Source: an uncultured Spirochaetales bacterium
GTDB lineage: Bacteria > Myxococcota_A > UBA9160 > UBA6930
DNA: 64,000 nt
Direction of reading: 5' to 3'
Assembly (NCBI GenBank): GCA_964615365.1
Contig: CAZTOU010000006.1
Coordinates: 51,587-115,586 of the forward strand
Below are positions 1 through 11,063 of the stretch, piece by piece. Within the stretch, counting starts at the first letter, position 1, and the number at the start of each line of letters is the position of its first letter. The position numbers and the translations under genes are program-made. The notes under the pieces are model-generated. The model was not told the origin of the DNA. It saw only the letters and a list, made by a program, of their open reading frames with translations, and searched no databases.

Positions 1-556
1 GGGTCTCGCTGATGTCGAGGATCAGGTTGGGCTCGAGCGTGAAGTAGAGTGCGATCCCCGTGAGTGTATGGTCTCGGTAGCTGCGATCGACCTCCGGATC
101 GGTGGCGAGGCGGGGGAACCCGTACAGCAAGGCGGCCTCGGTGACGGCACGCCCGGTCTTCAAGTGGTCGCCGTGGGATTCGTAGGGGAGCCAGGGATCC
201 ACGCTGAACAGGAAGTCCGGCCGTAGCAGGCGGATGGTTCGGATGATCTCCCGGCGAAGCGCGTAGTAGTCCCAGTCCCCCGCGTCGGCGAGGCCGAGCC
301 AGTGTTGGCTGCCGACCCCGATCTCGGCGCCGGCTCGCTCCTGCTCACCGCGCAGAAGGGCCGTCGCCTCTTCGTCGCTGAGCGTCGCGTCCAGCACCCC
401 GACCAGGTCGTCGGTCACGGTCAGGTAGTCGACCTCGGCGCCGCCCGCCGCCAGCGCTGCGAGGGCTCCCCCGGCCCCGATGTCGTTGTCGTCGTAGTGC
501 GGTTGGATCGCCAGAATCCGCTTCGCCTCCCAGACGTCCGGGATGGGAATCGCCAT
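1..556 (-). CDS. PIG-L/LmbE-family deacetylase; C-terminal end lies beyond the window start
   Basis: Not in the ORF track because it runs off the edge. The minus-strand ATG at 554-556 opens MAIPIPDVWEAKRILAIQPHYDDNDIGAGG...ESHGDHLKTGRAV. The HYDDxD and HGDH metal-site motifs are typical of the LmbE/PIG-L fold. The frame was checked at both motifs. Confidence 0.7.
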   Translation of the reverse strand, partial: MAIPIPDVWEAKRILAIQPHYDDNDIGAGGALAALAAGGAEVDYLTVTDDLVGVLDATLSDEEATALLRGEQERAGAEIGVGSQHWLGLADAGDWDYYALRREIIRTIRLLRPDFLFSVDPWLPYESHGDHLKTGRAVTEAALLYGFPRLATDPEVDRSYRDHTLTGIALYFTLEPNLILDISET

Positions 557-741
557 GTCGCCTCTCTCTCGGGTTCGGGCTGAGCTTACGAGGGGGCAGA
601 TCCGGGAGCAAGCCAGTGCGGAGCCACCGCTTTGCGTCGCCGGAGCTGCCGGGAGCATCCGGTTTTACCTGCCTTTTACGGCAGAGCCGCTGGAACTTCG
701 TACGCTTCTCTCGAACCACGGATCGAGCAGTGAGGCACGAC

Positions 742-1944
742 ATGGACGACATCATCCAGCGCGATCGGTTTCGCAGAATTCATCGGATCGGGATCTTCAC
801 CGCGCTCCTGGCAGCGACGCTGCTGGTGACACAGGCGTGGGCCAAGAGCTCCGAGACCACGACGAAGGCATCGCCTCCGCCGCCGCTCACCCAGGAAGAG
901 CCCGCGCGGATCGAGGTCGCGTTCGCCCTCGACACGACGGGATCCATGTCGGGCCTGATCGAGGGAGCGAAGCAGAAGATCTGGTCCATCGCCAACCAGA
1001 TGGCGGACACCGGCCAGGAGGTCGAGATCCGCATCGGCCTGGTGGGCTACCGCGATCGCGGCGACGAGTACGTCACCAGGATCTACGATCTCACCGACGA
1101 CATCGACTCCATCTACGGACACCTTCGCGGCTTCCGCGCCGATGGCGGCGGCGACACGCCCGAGTCGGTCAACCAGGCCCTCCACACCGCCGTCACCGAG
1201 ATGAGCTGGAGCCAGAGTCCGGAAGTCTACAAGGTCGTCTTCCTGGTCGGTGATGCGCCTCCCCACATGAACTACTCCGACGACGTGAAGTACCCGGAGA
1301 CCGCTCGCCTGGCCGCCGAGCGCGGCATCACCTTGAACACCATTCAGTGTGGAAACCTCCCGGACACCTCGGGGGTGTGGCAGCAGATCGCGAAGCTCGG
1401 AAAGGGCCGGTATGTCGCCATCCAGCAGGACGGCGCGATGGTCGCCCTCGCCACGCCAATGGACGAGGATCTCTCGCGCCTCAACCGGGAGCTCGCAGCG
1501 ACCGCCCTTCCGTACGGGGACGAGGGGCAGCAGGAGGAGATCCGCGAGAAGCTGCGGCGCTCCCTGTCCGCGGCCGCTCCCGCCGCCGCCTCCCGTCTCT
1601 CCTACCTCGCCAAGGCCGGGGGCAAGCTGAACTCCGGGCGCCGCGATCTCGTGGATGCGGTGAAGGACGGACTGGTCGACCTGGATGCACTTCCCGCGGA
1701 CGAGCAGCTCCCCGCGGAGATGAAGGGCATGAGCGACACCAAGCAGCAGTCCTACGTCCAGCAGCGCATTGCCGAGCGCGACAAGATCCAGGAGGAGATC
1801 GCGGCGCTCGGACGCAAGCGGGACGCCTGGGTCCGGACCGAGAGCGAGAGGCTGGCGAGGGAGGGCCGTGGGGACGGCTTCGATCAGGAGGTGCTGGAGG
1901 CGATCCGCAGCCAGGCGGCGGAGAAGGGGATCCTCTACGAGTAG
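742..1944 (+). CDS. secreted von Willebrand factor A (vWA) domain protein with a charged C-terminal tail
   Basis: Track ORF 616..1944. The in-frame ATG at 742 precedes a signal-like segment, IFTALLAATLLVTQAWA. It has a MIDAS-like DTTGSMSG motif, then GLVGYRDRGDEY, GGGDTPES and FLVGDAPPH. The C-terminal third is rich in E/R/K/Q. Confidence 0.85.
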   Translation: MDDIIQRDRFRRIHRIGIFTALLAATLLVTQAWAKSSETTTKASPPPPLTQEEPARIEVAFALDTTGSMSGLIEGAKQKIWSIANQMADTGQEVEIRIGLVGYRDRGDEYVTRIYDLTDDIDSIYGHLRGFRADGGGDTPESVNQALHTAVTEMSWSQSPEVYKVVFLVGDAPPHMNYSDDVKYPETARLAAERGITLNTIQCGNLPDTSGVWQQIAKLGKGRYVAIQQDGAMVALATPMDEDLSRLNRELAATALPYGDEGQQEEIREKLRRSLSAAAPAAASRLSYLAKAGGKLNSGRRDLVDAVKDGLVDLDALPADEQLPAEMKGMSDTKQQSYVQQRIAERDKIQEEIAALGRKRDAWVRTESERLAREGRGDGFDQEVLEAIRSQAAEKGILYE

Positions 1945-1965
1945 TTGGGACCCCGGTCGAGGCGC

Positions 1966-3057
1966 CTACGGGCCCGACGTCGGAGCCACCTCGGCCACGC
2001 TTACCTCTCGCGCCTCGGCGGCGCTCCGCACCGCTGCCAGGGCAAAGGCGAGCGTCCGCCGCGCCTCCGCGATCGTCTGCCGGGGAACCCTTCCCTCGAG
2101 CAGCGCGTCGACGAAGTCGATCCCCCCGAGGCGGAACGACTCCGCCCAGTCGGCCTCGATGTCGTGGAAGGCCCGCGTCTCCCCGTCCCGGTAGAGGACC
2201 AGTGAAGGCTCGTCGAGGAGCTTGCCGGAGCAGCGGTTCACCCAGATCAGCCCCTCGGTTCCGTGGATCTCGGTCCGGTCGTCGCTCGCGTAGTACTTGG
2301 AGCGAACCCGCATGCCCACCGAGGCGATCACCTCCCAGGAGCCGTAGCGGGGCAGCAGGCCCTCGTAGCGCCAGGAGATCAGCGCGGGACCGTCGACCCA
2401 CTGCTTCTCGCCCAGCTTGGTCCAGTTGATGAAGGCGTGGACGCAGTCGATCTCCGCGGGGATGAAGAACTGGCCCATGTGATAGCAGTGGTAGCCGTGG
2501 TCGAAGGTGGTGGGACCGCCGCCGCAGGTCTCGGGGTCCAGGCGCCAGGCCTGGGTCCGGGGTGAGATCTCCCAGCCGTCGCCGAAGCGGCCGGCGGCGG
2601 TCTTGACCCGCACCGAGATCGGGTCGCCGATCGCCCCTTCTTCGATGAGCTCCTTCGCCCGGACGTGAGGCGGGTAGTGCATGAAGTTCTCGAAGATCCG
2701 GAAGACCCGCCCGGACTCTTCCGCCGCGCGAGCGACCCGCTCGAACTCCTCCATCGTTCGCGTCGGCGGCTTCTGCAGGGAGACGTGCTTCCCCGCAGCG
2801 AGGGCCGCCCGGGCGTGGTCCTCGTGGAGGTGGTGCGGCGTCAGGATCTCGACGGCATCCACCTCGGGATCCGCGAGCATCCGATCGAGATCGGTATAGC
2901 TCTTCGGCGCGCCCCATTCCTCGGCGCGCCTTCGCGCCAGCTCCTCGTCCACGTCGCAGACGGCGACGATCTTTGCGCGCGGGTGCTCCAGGTATCCGAG
3001 GCACTGGAGATCCGCGATGCGGCCGCATCCCAGCATCCCGATTCGGACCTCATCCAT
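1966..3057 (-). CDS. Gfo/Idh/MocA-family NAD(P)-dependent oxidoreductase
   Basis: Track ORF 1966..3087. The internal ATG at 3057 gives MDEVRIGMLGCGRIADLQ (a Rossmann start). VEILTPHHLHEDHARAALAAGKHVSLQKP is characteristic of the family. Confidence 0.85.
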   Translation of the reverse strand: MDEVRIGMLGCGRIADLQCLGYLEHPRAKIVAVCDVDEELARRRAEEWGAPKSYTDLDRMLADPEVDAVEILTPHHLHEDHARAALAAGKHVSLQKPPTRTMEEFERVARAAEESGRVFRIFENFMHYPPHVRAKELIEEGAIGDPISVRVKTAAGRFGDGWEISPRTQAWRLDPETCGGGPTTFDHGYHCYHMGQFFIPAEIDCVHAFINWTKLGEKQWVDGPALISWRYEGLLPRYGSWEVIASVGMRVRSKYYASDDRTEIHGTEGLIWVNRCSGKLLDEPSLVLYRDGETRAFHDIEADWAESFRLGGIDFVDALLEGRVPRQTIAEARRTLAFALAAVRSAAEAREVSVAEVAPTSGP

Positions 3058-3126
3058 CCTTGTGAACTCCGTTCGCCTGCGGCTCACTGCGCGCGCGGCT
3101 CGTCTCCGCCTCTCCGCGCTTGCGGG

Positions 3127-5082
<1,956 letters not shown>

Positions 5083-5128
5083 TGCGCTGGGACTCCTCAG
5101 CCCGGGTTTCCGGAAGATCCAGGTCGGT

Positions 5129-6427
5129 TCAACCCTCGTCTCGCATCCACACCTCGAGATCAGCGGGGCTCTTGGGAACGGCAGCCGTCAGGTTCTCGTA
5201 GCCTTCCCGAGTGATCGCGACGTCGTCCTCGATCCGCACGCCGATGCCCCGAAACTCCTCGCTGGCGTTCTCGTCGTCGGCGGCCACGTAGATCCCGGGC
5301 TCGATGGTGAACGCCATCCCCGGCTCGAGCGCCCGGGCCTTTCCGTCGACGGTGTAGGTGCCCACGTCGTGGGCGTCGAGACCGAGCCAGTGACTGGTAC
5401 GGTGCATGTAGTAGGGTTGATGGGCATCCTCGGCGATCAGCGCTTCGACCTCTCCCGAGAGCAGGCCAAGATCGACCATCCCCTCGACCAGGGAGCGCAC
5501 GGCCGCGTCGTGGATCTCGTCGAGGGTCGCCCCGGGGCGGCAGGCGCGGAGAGAAGCCTCCTGGGAGGCGAGGACCACCTCGTAGACGGCCCTCGCCGGA
5601 CCTTCCATCGAACCGCCCACCGGATAGGTACGGGTCACGTCCGTGGCGTATCCGTCCAGCTCGCATGCGGCGTCGATCAGGACCAGCTCTCCTCGCGAGA
5701 GCTCTTTGTCGTTCGTGATGTAGTGGAGCGTCGTCGCGTTGGGCCCGCTTCCCACGATGGTGGGGTAGGCGGGGCCGCTGGCTCCGAGTCGGCGGAAGGA
5801 GTACTCGAGCATCGCTGCGATCTCGTACTCGAAGCGCCCTTCCCGGATCAGCCTCGCGGCCTCCCGGTGGGCCTCGGCCGTGATGGCGGCCGCGCGCCGC
5901 ATGATGTCGAGCTCGGCGGTCTCTTTGCGGAGTCGCATCTCGTGCAGGAGGCTGCGGGGATCGACGATCATCGAGGCCGGCTCCAAGCCCTCCCGTGAGC
6001 GGAGCCGCATGCCGTCCAGGATCTCCGCGAGCTTCGCGTCGAGATCGCGATCCCGGCCGAGGACGTGGTAGATCTGCTTTGCCTTCGAGACGATTCCGGG
6101 GAGCTCCTTCTCGAAGTCGTCGATGGAAAAGGCCTCGTCGGCTCCGTAGTCCCGCTTCGCGCCCTCGGTTCCGGGGCGGTAGCCCGTCCACGTCTCGGCC
6201 TCCCGGTTTCGGGGCTCGACGAAGAGGGTGAAGGGGGGGCCGCCATCGGTGCGCAGGACCGCCGCCGCCCGCGGGTGATCGAAGCCGGTCAGGTACCAGA
6301 AGTCGCTGTCCTGCCGGAAGGGAAACTGGGTGTCGTGCGAGCGGGTGGCGAGCCGAGCGCCGAAGAGCAGCGCTACGGAATCCCGGCCCATCGCTTCCAG
6401 AAGGTGGCTTCGGCGCTCTGCGTGCAC
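5129..6427 (-). CDS. pepP: Xaa-Pro aminopeptidase (M24B)
   Basis: Only the C-terminal 433 codons of track ORF 5129..7585 look real. [13 protein letters not shown] marks the N-domain. M24 metal-ligand blocks are [37 protein letters not shown] and GVRIEDD. I chose the GTG start at 6427 (alternative ATG at 6391) because the upstream gene stops at 6463. Confidence 0.9.
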   Translation of the reverse strand: MHAERRSHLLEAMGRDSVALLFGARLATRSHDTQFPFRQDSDFWYLTGFDHPRAAAVLRTDGGPPFTLFVEPRNREAETWTGYRPGTEGAKRDYGADEAFSIDDFEKELPGIVSKAKQIYHVLGRDRDLDAKLAEILDGMRLRSREGLEPASMIVDPRSLLHEMRLRKETAELDIMRRAAAITAEAHREAARLIREGRFEYEIAAMLEYSFRRLGASGPAYPTIVGSGPNATTLHYITNDKELSRGELVLIDAACELDGYATDVTRTYPVGGSMEGPARAVYEVVLASQEASLRACRPGATLDEIHDAAVRSLVEGMVDLGLLSGEVEALIAEDAHQPYYMHRTSHWLGLDAHDVGTYTVDGKARALEPGMAFTIEPGIYVAADDENASEEFRGIGVRIEDDVAITREGYENLTAAVPKSPADLEVWMRDEG

Positions 6428-6462
6428 GGCGAAGCAGCATACCGCATGCGCGGGGGTGATCC

Positions 6463-7617
6463 TCAGCGCCGGAGCTCCTGGCACACCACCGTGACCCCCC
6501 CGCAGTAGGTCGCGCAGAGCCGCCCGCCCGCCAGGACGCCGGTGTAGTAGAGACCCTTCCCTCCCGGCCGCGGGAGCAGGATCAGCTCCACATCCCCGTG
6601 CCGGTCCACCAGATGGATCCGACCGCTCCAGCGCGTCACCACCACCCTCCCCTCGCCGTCCACGCGGACGTCCTGGACGAAGTCCCGATCGCCCGGGAAA
6701 GCGTCGTCCAGGGGGACGATCCGCCCGGTGAAGATGGCCGCGCTCGCGCGATCGGGGGGGCGGACTCGAAGGTTCAGAAGCGAACCGTCGCGCTCGGCGA
6801 AGTAGCCGGTTCCGTCGGGGCCGAAGACCATGAACTGGACCTCGGGACGCTCGAAGCGGAGCCGCTCCCGGCCCCCGGGTCCGAGAACCCGGGTGTCGTG
6901 GCGGTATTCGTCTTCTCCACCCACCTTCGGGAGAAGATCCGTATTCACCCAGATCTCCCCTCGCACCGGGTCGAGGGCGAGACTCTTGGGAAGCGCCCGG
7001 TAGCCCTCCGGACCCTCCAGGGGATACTCCGCCAGGATCGCCCCTTCGGTATCGAGGACGACCACGGAGCCCGAGCCTCCCTCGCTCGTCCCGTAGCGGG
7101 TCGCCAGGATCTCGGAGCCGGCGGTCAGGCTGAGCTCGTTCAGGCCGGTCCCGGCGGCCTCGAATCGCTTCACCCGGCCGCTCGCCGGATCCACGTAGCC
7201 CGCCGACTCGAAGTAGGTGGTGAAGTAGACCCGGCCGTTGGGGTGGGCCAGGACGTCCCAGACACCGGCGCGGGCCTCGGGTCCGCCCACCGCCAGCGGC
7301 TCGGCGAAGACCATCCGCTCCAGGTCGAAACGTCCCACGAACTGCGGGCCGGGAGCCCGCAGGTCGCCGCCGGGGTCGCCGCCCGTCTCTCGGTAGGCCG
7401 ACCAGAAGGGGGAGGCGCCGAAATACAGGACCTCGTCGCCGGAATCGGCGTACCAGGCGCAGTAGTCCTCGGAATCGCTGGGGGGGACGGAGGTTCGCAC
7501 CTGGAAGGAGGGAGTGAGACGCTCCGCCGTCGGTGAGATCCCGCAGCCGAGGATCAGGGCGCATCCGACGATTGCACTGCAGCATTGGGATGCACTGTGA
7601 TTCTCGTGTTCAACCAT
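6463..7617 (-). CDS. hypothetical lipoprotein, possibly beta-propeller-like
   Basis: Track ORF 6463..7686. The internal ATG at 7617 gives MVEHENHSASQCCSAIVGCALILGCG with the lipobox LILGC. Third positions are G/C-rich throughout. No family recognised. Confidence 0.6.
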   Translation of the reverse strand: MVEHENHSASQCCSAIVGCALILGCGISPTAERLTPSFQVRTSVPPSDSEDYCAWYADSGDEVLYFGASPFWSAYRETGGDPGGDLRAPGPQFVGRFDLERMVFAEPLAVGGPEARAGVWDVLAHPNGRVYFTTYFESAGYVDPASGRVKRFEAAGTGLNELSLTAGSEILATRYGTSEGGSGSVVVLDTEGAILAEYPLEGPEGYRALPKSLALDPVRGEIWVNTDLLPKVGGEDEYRHDTRVLGPGGRERLRFERPEVQFMVFGPDGTGYFAERDGSLLNLRVRPPDRASAAIFTGRIVPLDDAFPGDRDFVQDVRVDGEGRVVVTRWSGRIHLVDRHGDVELILLPRPGGKGLYYTGVLAGGRLCATYCGGVTVVCQELRR

Positions 7618-7950
7618 CTGAAATATCAGTACTTTCTTGATCAGGCGGGGATTTGACCGCTTCCGAGGTGCATCCTTCGGATGCACTCAGAGCGATCGAC
7701 ACGCATCGGCGTTTCCATGGGAATCCTTTATTTTCAACTACTTGTGGATTTTCTTGCGGTCGGATCTCCAGTTGGCACGGAACATGAAGAAGAGACACAT
7801 CGGAGCCAACCTGGTCAGGACGAAGCCGGTGGCATCGGGCGCGCTCACCAGTTGAGTCCAGAGTCCAGAATCTCACGGGAGCTAGACAAGGCGCTTTCCC
7901 CCAGAACGGCACCCCGCCTTTCTCGCGAGTTCTAGGGCCTCAGGTTGAAC

Positions 7951-7988
7951 GGCCCTCCGGCAAGTCGCCGGAGGGCCGTGATCTTTTT
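7951..7988 (+). terminator. intrinsic terminator-like hairpin oriented for the plus strand
   Basis: Perfect 11-bp stem GGCCCTCCGGC/GCCGGAGGGCC (7951-7961 pairs with 7967-7977) with a 5-nt loop, followed by GTGATCTTTTT. On the minus strand the hairpin has no trailing T-run. Confidence 0.45.
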
Positions 7989-9283
7989 CAGGCCTCTCCG
8001 GAGTCGACGGAGCGCAGCGCCTCGGCCACCTCGTCGCCGAAGCTCTTCGCGAACCACCGCTTCACCTCGGAGAGGCTCGCGAGCTCACTCCCATTCGGTG
8101 GGTTCAGCCAGGCGATCGCCTCCAGGGCCGAATTCGGACACAGCACGCCGGGATCGAGGGCCAGCTCCTTGGCTCGGCGGGTTCGCCACCGCTTCAGCGC
8201 GCCGAGGCGTCTCTCCGCGCTTCCGTCCATGCGCCGGCGCGAGTTCCCGCTGCCGTTCAGCTTGCCCACTCGCTTGGGGATCGGGCCGTGCTTCCGCTTC
8301 ATGCCCCGCGCGACCGCGGCGAGGATCTCGCGGCCGAAGCGGCGGATGATCAGCTCCGTGACCCCCTTGATGGCGCCGAGCTTGCTCTCGGAGTCCGGCC
8401 GCTGCTGGGAGAGCTCGAAGAGGGCCCGATTGCTCAGCACCTTGAAGGGCGGACGGTCGATCTCCTGCGCGCGCTTGTCGCGGACCAGATAGAGCTCGCG
8501 CAGTACCGATAGGCTCTCGGGATCGAGGGCCTTCGCGCCCTTGATGCGCAGATAGCCGAGCTTGTCGAACTCGCGCTCCGGCCATTGCCGATGGACCAGC
8601 GCCTCGAACTCCTCCTCGGCCCAGGAGAGCCGCTTTGCCTTCCTGAGCTCTCGTTCCAGCTTCTCCGCCAGCGGGATCAGGTAGGTGACGTCCGCCGCTG
8701 CGTAGGTGAGCTGGCTGTCGCGCAGGGGTCGGACCGACCAGTCCGAGCGCTGCTCGTCCTTGGGAAGTGACACTCCAAAGTGTCGTTCGGCGAGGGCGGC
8801 AAGGCCGATGGAGGGATACCCGAGCAGCTGGGCGCTCACCATGGTGTCAAAGAGATTGGTGAAGCTGAACCCGCAGTCCCGTTTCAGGACGTAGATGTCG
8901 TACTCGGCTGCGTGGAAGATCTTGCGGACGTCCGGTGACGCCAGGACCGGCCCGAGCGGCGCGAGCTCCGCCGGACCGCCGAGCGTCAGGGGATCGACCA
9001 GATAGGTTCGCTGCCGAGTCGCGATCTGAACGAGACAGGTCTTGTCGAAGTAGTGGTAGAAGCTGTCCGCCTCGGTGTCGATCGCGACGACCTTCTTGGA
9101 GAGCAGCTCCTGAGCAAGCGCTTCGAGTTCCTGTTGGTTCTCGATGCGCCGGAAATCTGCCACGAACGCCTCAGTTTCCGGGGGGCCTTCTTCGATTTTC
9201 GGGTTCAGAGCCGGTGCCCGGGCGCTCCGCCGCAGGGAGGAATCGCGCGCGGCGAGGCGAAAGAAGGCTAGCCCAGGGGGCAC
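7988..9283 (-). CDS. rnd: ribonuclease D (DEDDy 3'-5' exonuclease plus HRDC-like region)
   Basis: Exonuclease motifs VAIDTEADSF, IFHAAEYDIYVLKRD and YAAADVTYLIPL, plus SDWSVRPL. The start at 9283 is a GTG and is uncertain. Confidence 0.85.
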   Translation of the reverse strand: MPPGLAFFRLAARDSSLRRSARAPALNPKIEEGPPETEAFVADFRRIENQQELEALAQELLSKKVVAIDTEADSFYHYFDKTCLVQIATRQRTYLVDPLTLGGPAELAPLGPVLASPDVRKIFHAAEYDIYVLKRDCGFSFTNLFDTMVSAQLLGYPSIGLAALAERHFGVSLPKDEQRSDWSVRPLRDSQLTYAAADVTYLIPLAEKLERELRKAKRLSWAEEEFEALVHRQWPEREFDKLGYLRIKGAKALDPESLSVLRELYLVRDKRAQEIDRPPFKVLSNRALFELSQQRPDSESKLGAIKGVTELIIRRFGREILAAVARGMKRKHGPIPKRVGKLNGSGNSRRRMDGSAERRLGALKRWRTRRAKELALDPGVLCPNSALEAIAWLNPPNGSELASLSEVKRWFAKSFGDEVAEALRSVDSGEA

Positions 9284-9416
9284 GAGGGCGAAAGACGATT
9301 CCCTGGGGGTGGCGTCCCTACCTGGTTGTCTGCTAGGATGTTCCGTAGTACGGGATTCTGTTCTGAATATAGGAACAATCCTAGAACATATCCCGAACAG
9401 GAGCGATCAGAAGCAG

Positions 9417-10163
9417 ATGCAGAGCCTCTCCACGGTCGAGAAGGCGATCGATCTTCTCTTCCACCTTCACCAGGAGGCGGCGCCCCGCGGGGTTACTGCG
9501 GTGGGCAAGGCCCTCGATCTCCCCAAGTCGACCGCCCATCGCCTGCTCACCACGCTGACACGCCGCGGCCTGCTGGAGCGGGACGCGCGCGGGCAGTACG
9601 GCCCGGGCATCGGCCTGGTCGCACTGGGACTCGGGTTCCTGGACCGGGAGCCGGCGGTGGTTGCGGCTCGGCCGGTGCTCGAGTCCGAGGCGGAGCAGCT
9701 CGGCGAGACCGTGTTTCTGACCGCGGCGCGCGCCGGCGCCATCGTCGTGCTGGACAAGGTGGAGGGAAGCGGCTTTCTGCGCGCGGCGCCGCGAATCGGT
9801 TCGACGGTTCCCATTCACGCCACCGCCGTGGGGAAGCTCCATCTGGCGCACGCTCCGGAATCCGTGTCTCTCGGCGACGGGCCGCTGGAGAGCTTCACCC
9901 CCTCGACTCGGACCGACCGGTCTGTGCTCGCAGCCGAGGTCGAGCGGGTTCGGCGCCAGGGCTACGCCGAGAATCGGGACGAGTGGATTTCCGGGCTCAC
10001 GGCGATCGCCGCGCCGGTCTTCGCCGGGGGCCGGATGGTCGCGGCGCTGGCCGCAGCGACTTCCTCGGCGCGCTGGGAGGCACTTCACAGCTTCGAGATC
10101 GCCAGCCGCATGCGGGGCGGGGCGCGGCGCATCGGCGAGCGAATGGCGGGAGGGCAGACATGA
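9417..10163 (+). CDS. IclR-family transcriptional regulator
   Basis: Track ORF 9144..10163. The ATG at 9417 is preceded by AGGAG at about 9399-9403. Winged HTH: VTAVGKALDLPKSTAHRLLTTLTRRGLLERD. The C-terminal effector domain contains GLTAIAAPVF. Confidence 0.85.
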   Translation: MQSLSTVEKAIDLLFHLHQEAAPRGVTAVGKALDLPKSTAHRLLTTLTRRGLLERDARGQYGPGIGLVALGLGFLDREPAVVAARPVLESEAEQLGETVFLTAARAGAIVVLDKVEGSGFLRAAPRIGSTVPIHATAVGKLHLAHAPESVSLGDGPLESFTPSTRTDRSVLAAEVERVRRQGYAENRDEWISGLTAIAAPVFAGGRMVAALAAATSSARWEALHSFEIASRMRGGARRIGERMAGGQT

Positions 10164-11026
10164 AGGTTTGGATCGACGGTGCAGTGGTGGAGGGCGGCGA
10201 AGCGCGGATTCCGGTGACCGACCACGGATTCCTCTACGGGAACGGCGTCTTCGAGGGAATCCGAGTCTACGCGCGGCGGGTCTTTCGCCTGGACGATCAT
10301 CTCTCCCGCCTGGCCACCGGGGCGCGTTGCCTGGACCTGGCGATTCCCGGTGGCCTGGAGGCGGTTCGCCGCATCGTGATCGAGACCGCGCGCGCCCTCG
10401 GAGAGGACGACGCCTACCTGAGGCTCATCGTCACCCGAGGCGAGGGATCCCTTGGCATCGATTCCAGCACCTGCACCAATCCGCGCATCGTCTGCATCGC
10501 GGACCAGGTGCGCCTCTATCCCGAGGAGAAGATTCGAAACGGGATCGACCTGGTGACCTCGAGTCTGCGCAGGCCCCCCGCGGACGTCCTGGATCCGCGC
10601 GTGAAGAGCCTCAACTACCTGAACAGCGCCCTCGCCAAGCAGGAGGCGCGTCGTCAGGGGGCCGACGAGGCTCTGCTCCTGAACGCCGCCGGCCACGTGG
10701 TCGAGGCCAGCGTCGCCAACGTCTTCGCGGTGCGCGCCGGAAGGCTGCTCACTCCACCGGCGAGTGACGGCGCTCTCGAGGGCCTCACCCGGGCCACCGT
10801 TCTCGAGCTCGCCGCAGCGCAGCGGATCCCCGCCGAGGAACGCTCGCTCGGCCGCTTCGATCTGCTGGCCGCGGAAGAGGTCTTCCTCACCGGGAGCGGT
10901 GCTCGCATCATCGCCGTCGGCTCCCTGGACGGGCACGGGATCGGCAAGGGCGGGGCGGGTTCCGTGACGAGGCAGCTCTACCGGGCCTTCGACGACTACA
11001 CGCGCTCGACGGGCACGCCCATCTAG
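10160..11026 (+). CDS. ilvE: fold-type IV PLP aminotransferase (branched-chain or D-amino-acid type)
   Basis: The ATG at 10160 overlaps the IclR stop (ATGA). Motifs: GFLYGNGVFEGIRVY, RVKSLNYLNSALAKQEA, EASVANVF. The symbol is tentative. Confidence 0.8.
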   Translation: MKVWIDGAVVEGGEARIPVTDHGFLYGNGVFEGIRVYARRVFRLDDHLSRLATGARCLDLAIPGGLEAVRRIVIETARALGEDDAYLRLIVTRGEGSLGIDSSTCTNPRIVCIADQVRLYPEEKIRNGIDLVTSSLRRPPADVLDPRVKSLNYLNSALAKQEARRQGADEALLLNAAGHVVEASVANVFAVRAGRLLTPPASDGALEGLTRATVLELAAAQRIPAEERSLGRFDLLAAEEVFLTGSGARIIAVGSLDGHGIGKGGAGSVTRQLYRAFDDYTRSTGTPI

Positions 11027-11063
11027 TAGTAGTGTCTAGCGCTCACCCGGAGGGAGGGCGCCG

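Noticed and set aside
5129-7585. N-terminal extensions that make giant ORFs: 5129..7585, 20451..22169, 42191..43927, 46778..48817, 14498..15916.
   Set aside because: The upstream parts overlap well-supported genes in another frame and are Arg/Pro-rich. Internal starts that coincide with ATGA/GTGA junctions or with signal peptides give proteins of normal family length.
7647-7658. The exact 12-mer GGGGATTTGACC is shared with 26198..26209, and there is a near copy at about 46441.
   Set aside because: In 64 kb read on both strands, hundreds of chance 12-mer coincidences are expected. No consistent -10 element or extended similarity follows the match.
7773-7778. Sigma-54-like TGGCAC boxes, here and at about 34675.
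   Set aside because: The required GC of the -12 element (TTGC) is missing at the correct spacing in both cases.
7800-7920. SRP-RNA-like CCUGGUCAGG on the plus strand, and TPP-riboswitch-like GGGGUGCC...GUGAGA...CCUGACCAGG on the minus strand.
   Set aside because: The SRP domain IV GGAA tetraloop and AGCAGCC strand are absent. The TPP-like elements have wrong spacing and a mutated CUGAGA box, and the downstream gene is unrelated to thiamine.
7637-7935. Small ORFs in the GC-poor spacer (72 aa, 84 aa, and 100 aa on the minus strand), including one that ends 15 nt before the terminator.
   Set aside because: Third-codon positions are about half A/T, unlike every supported gene here. None has a Shine-Dalgarno, and none has a recognisable motif.
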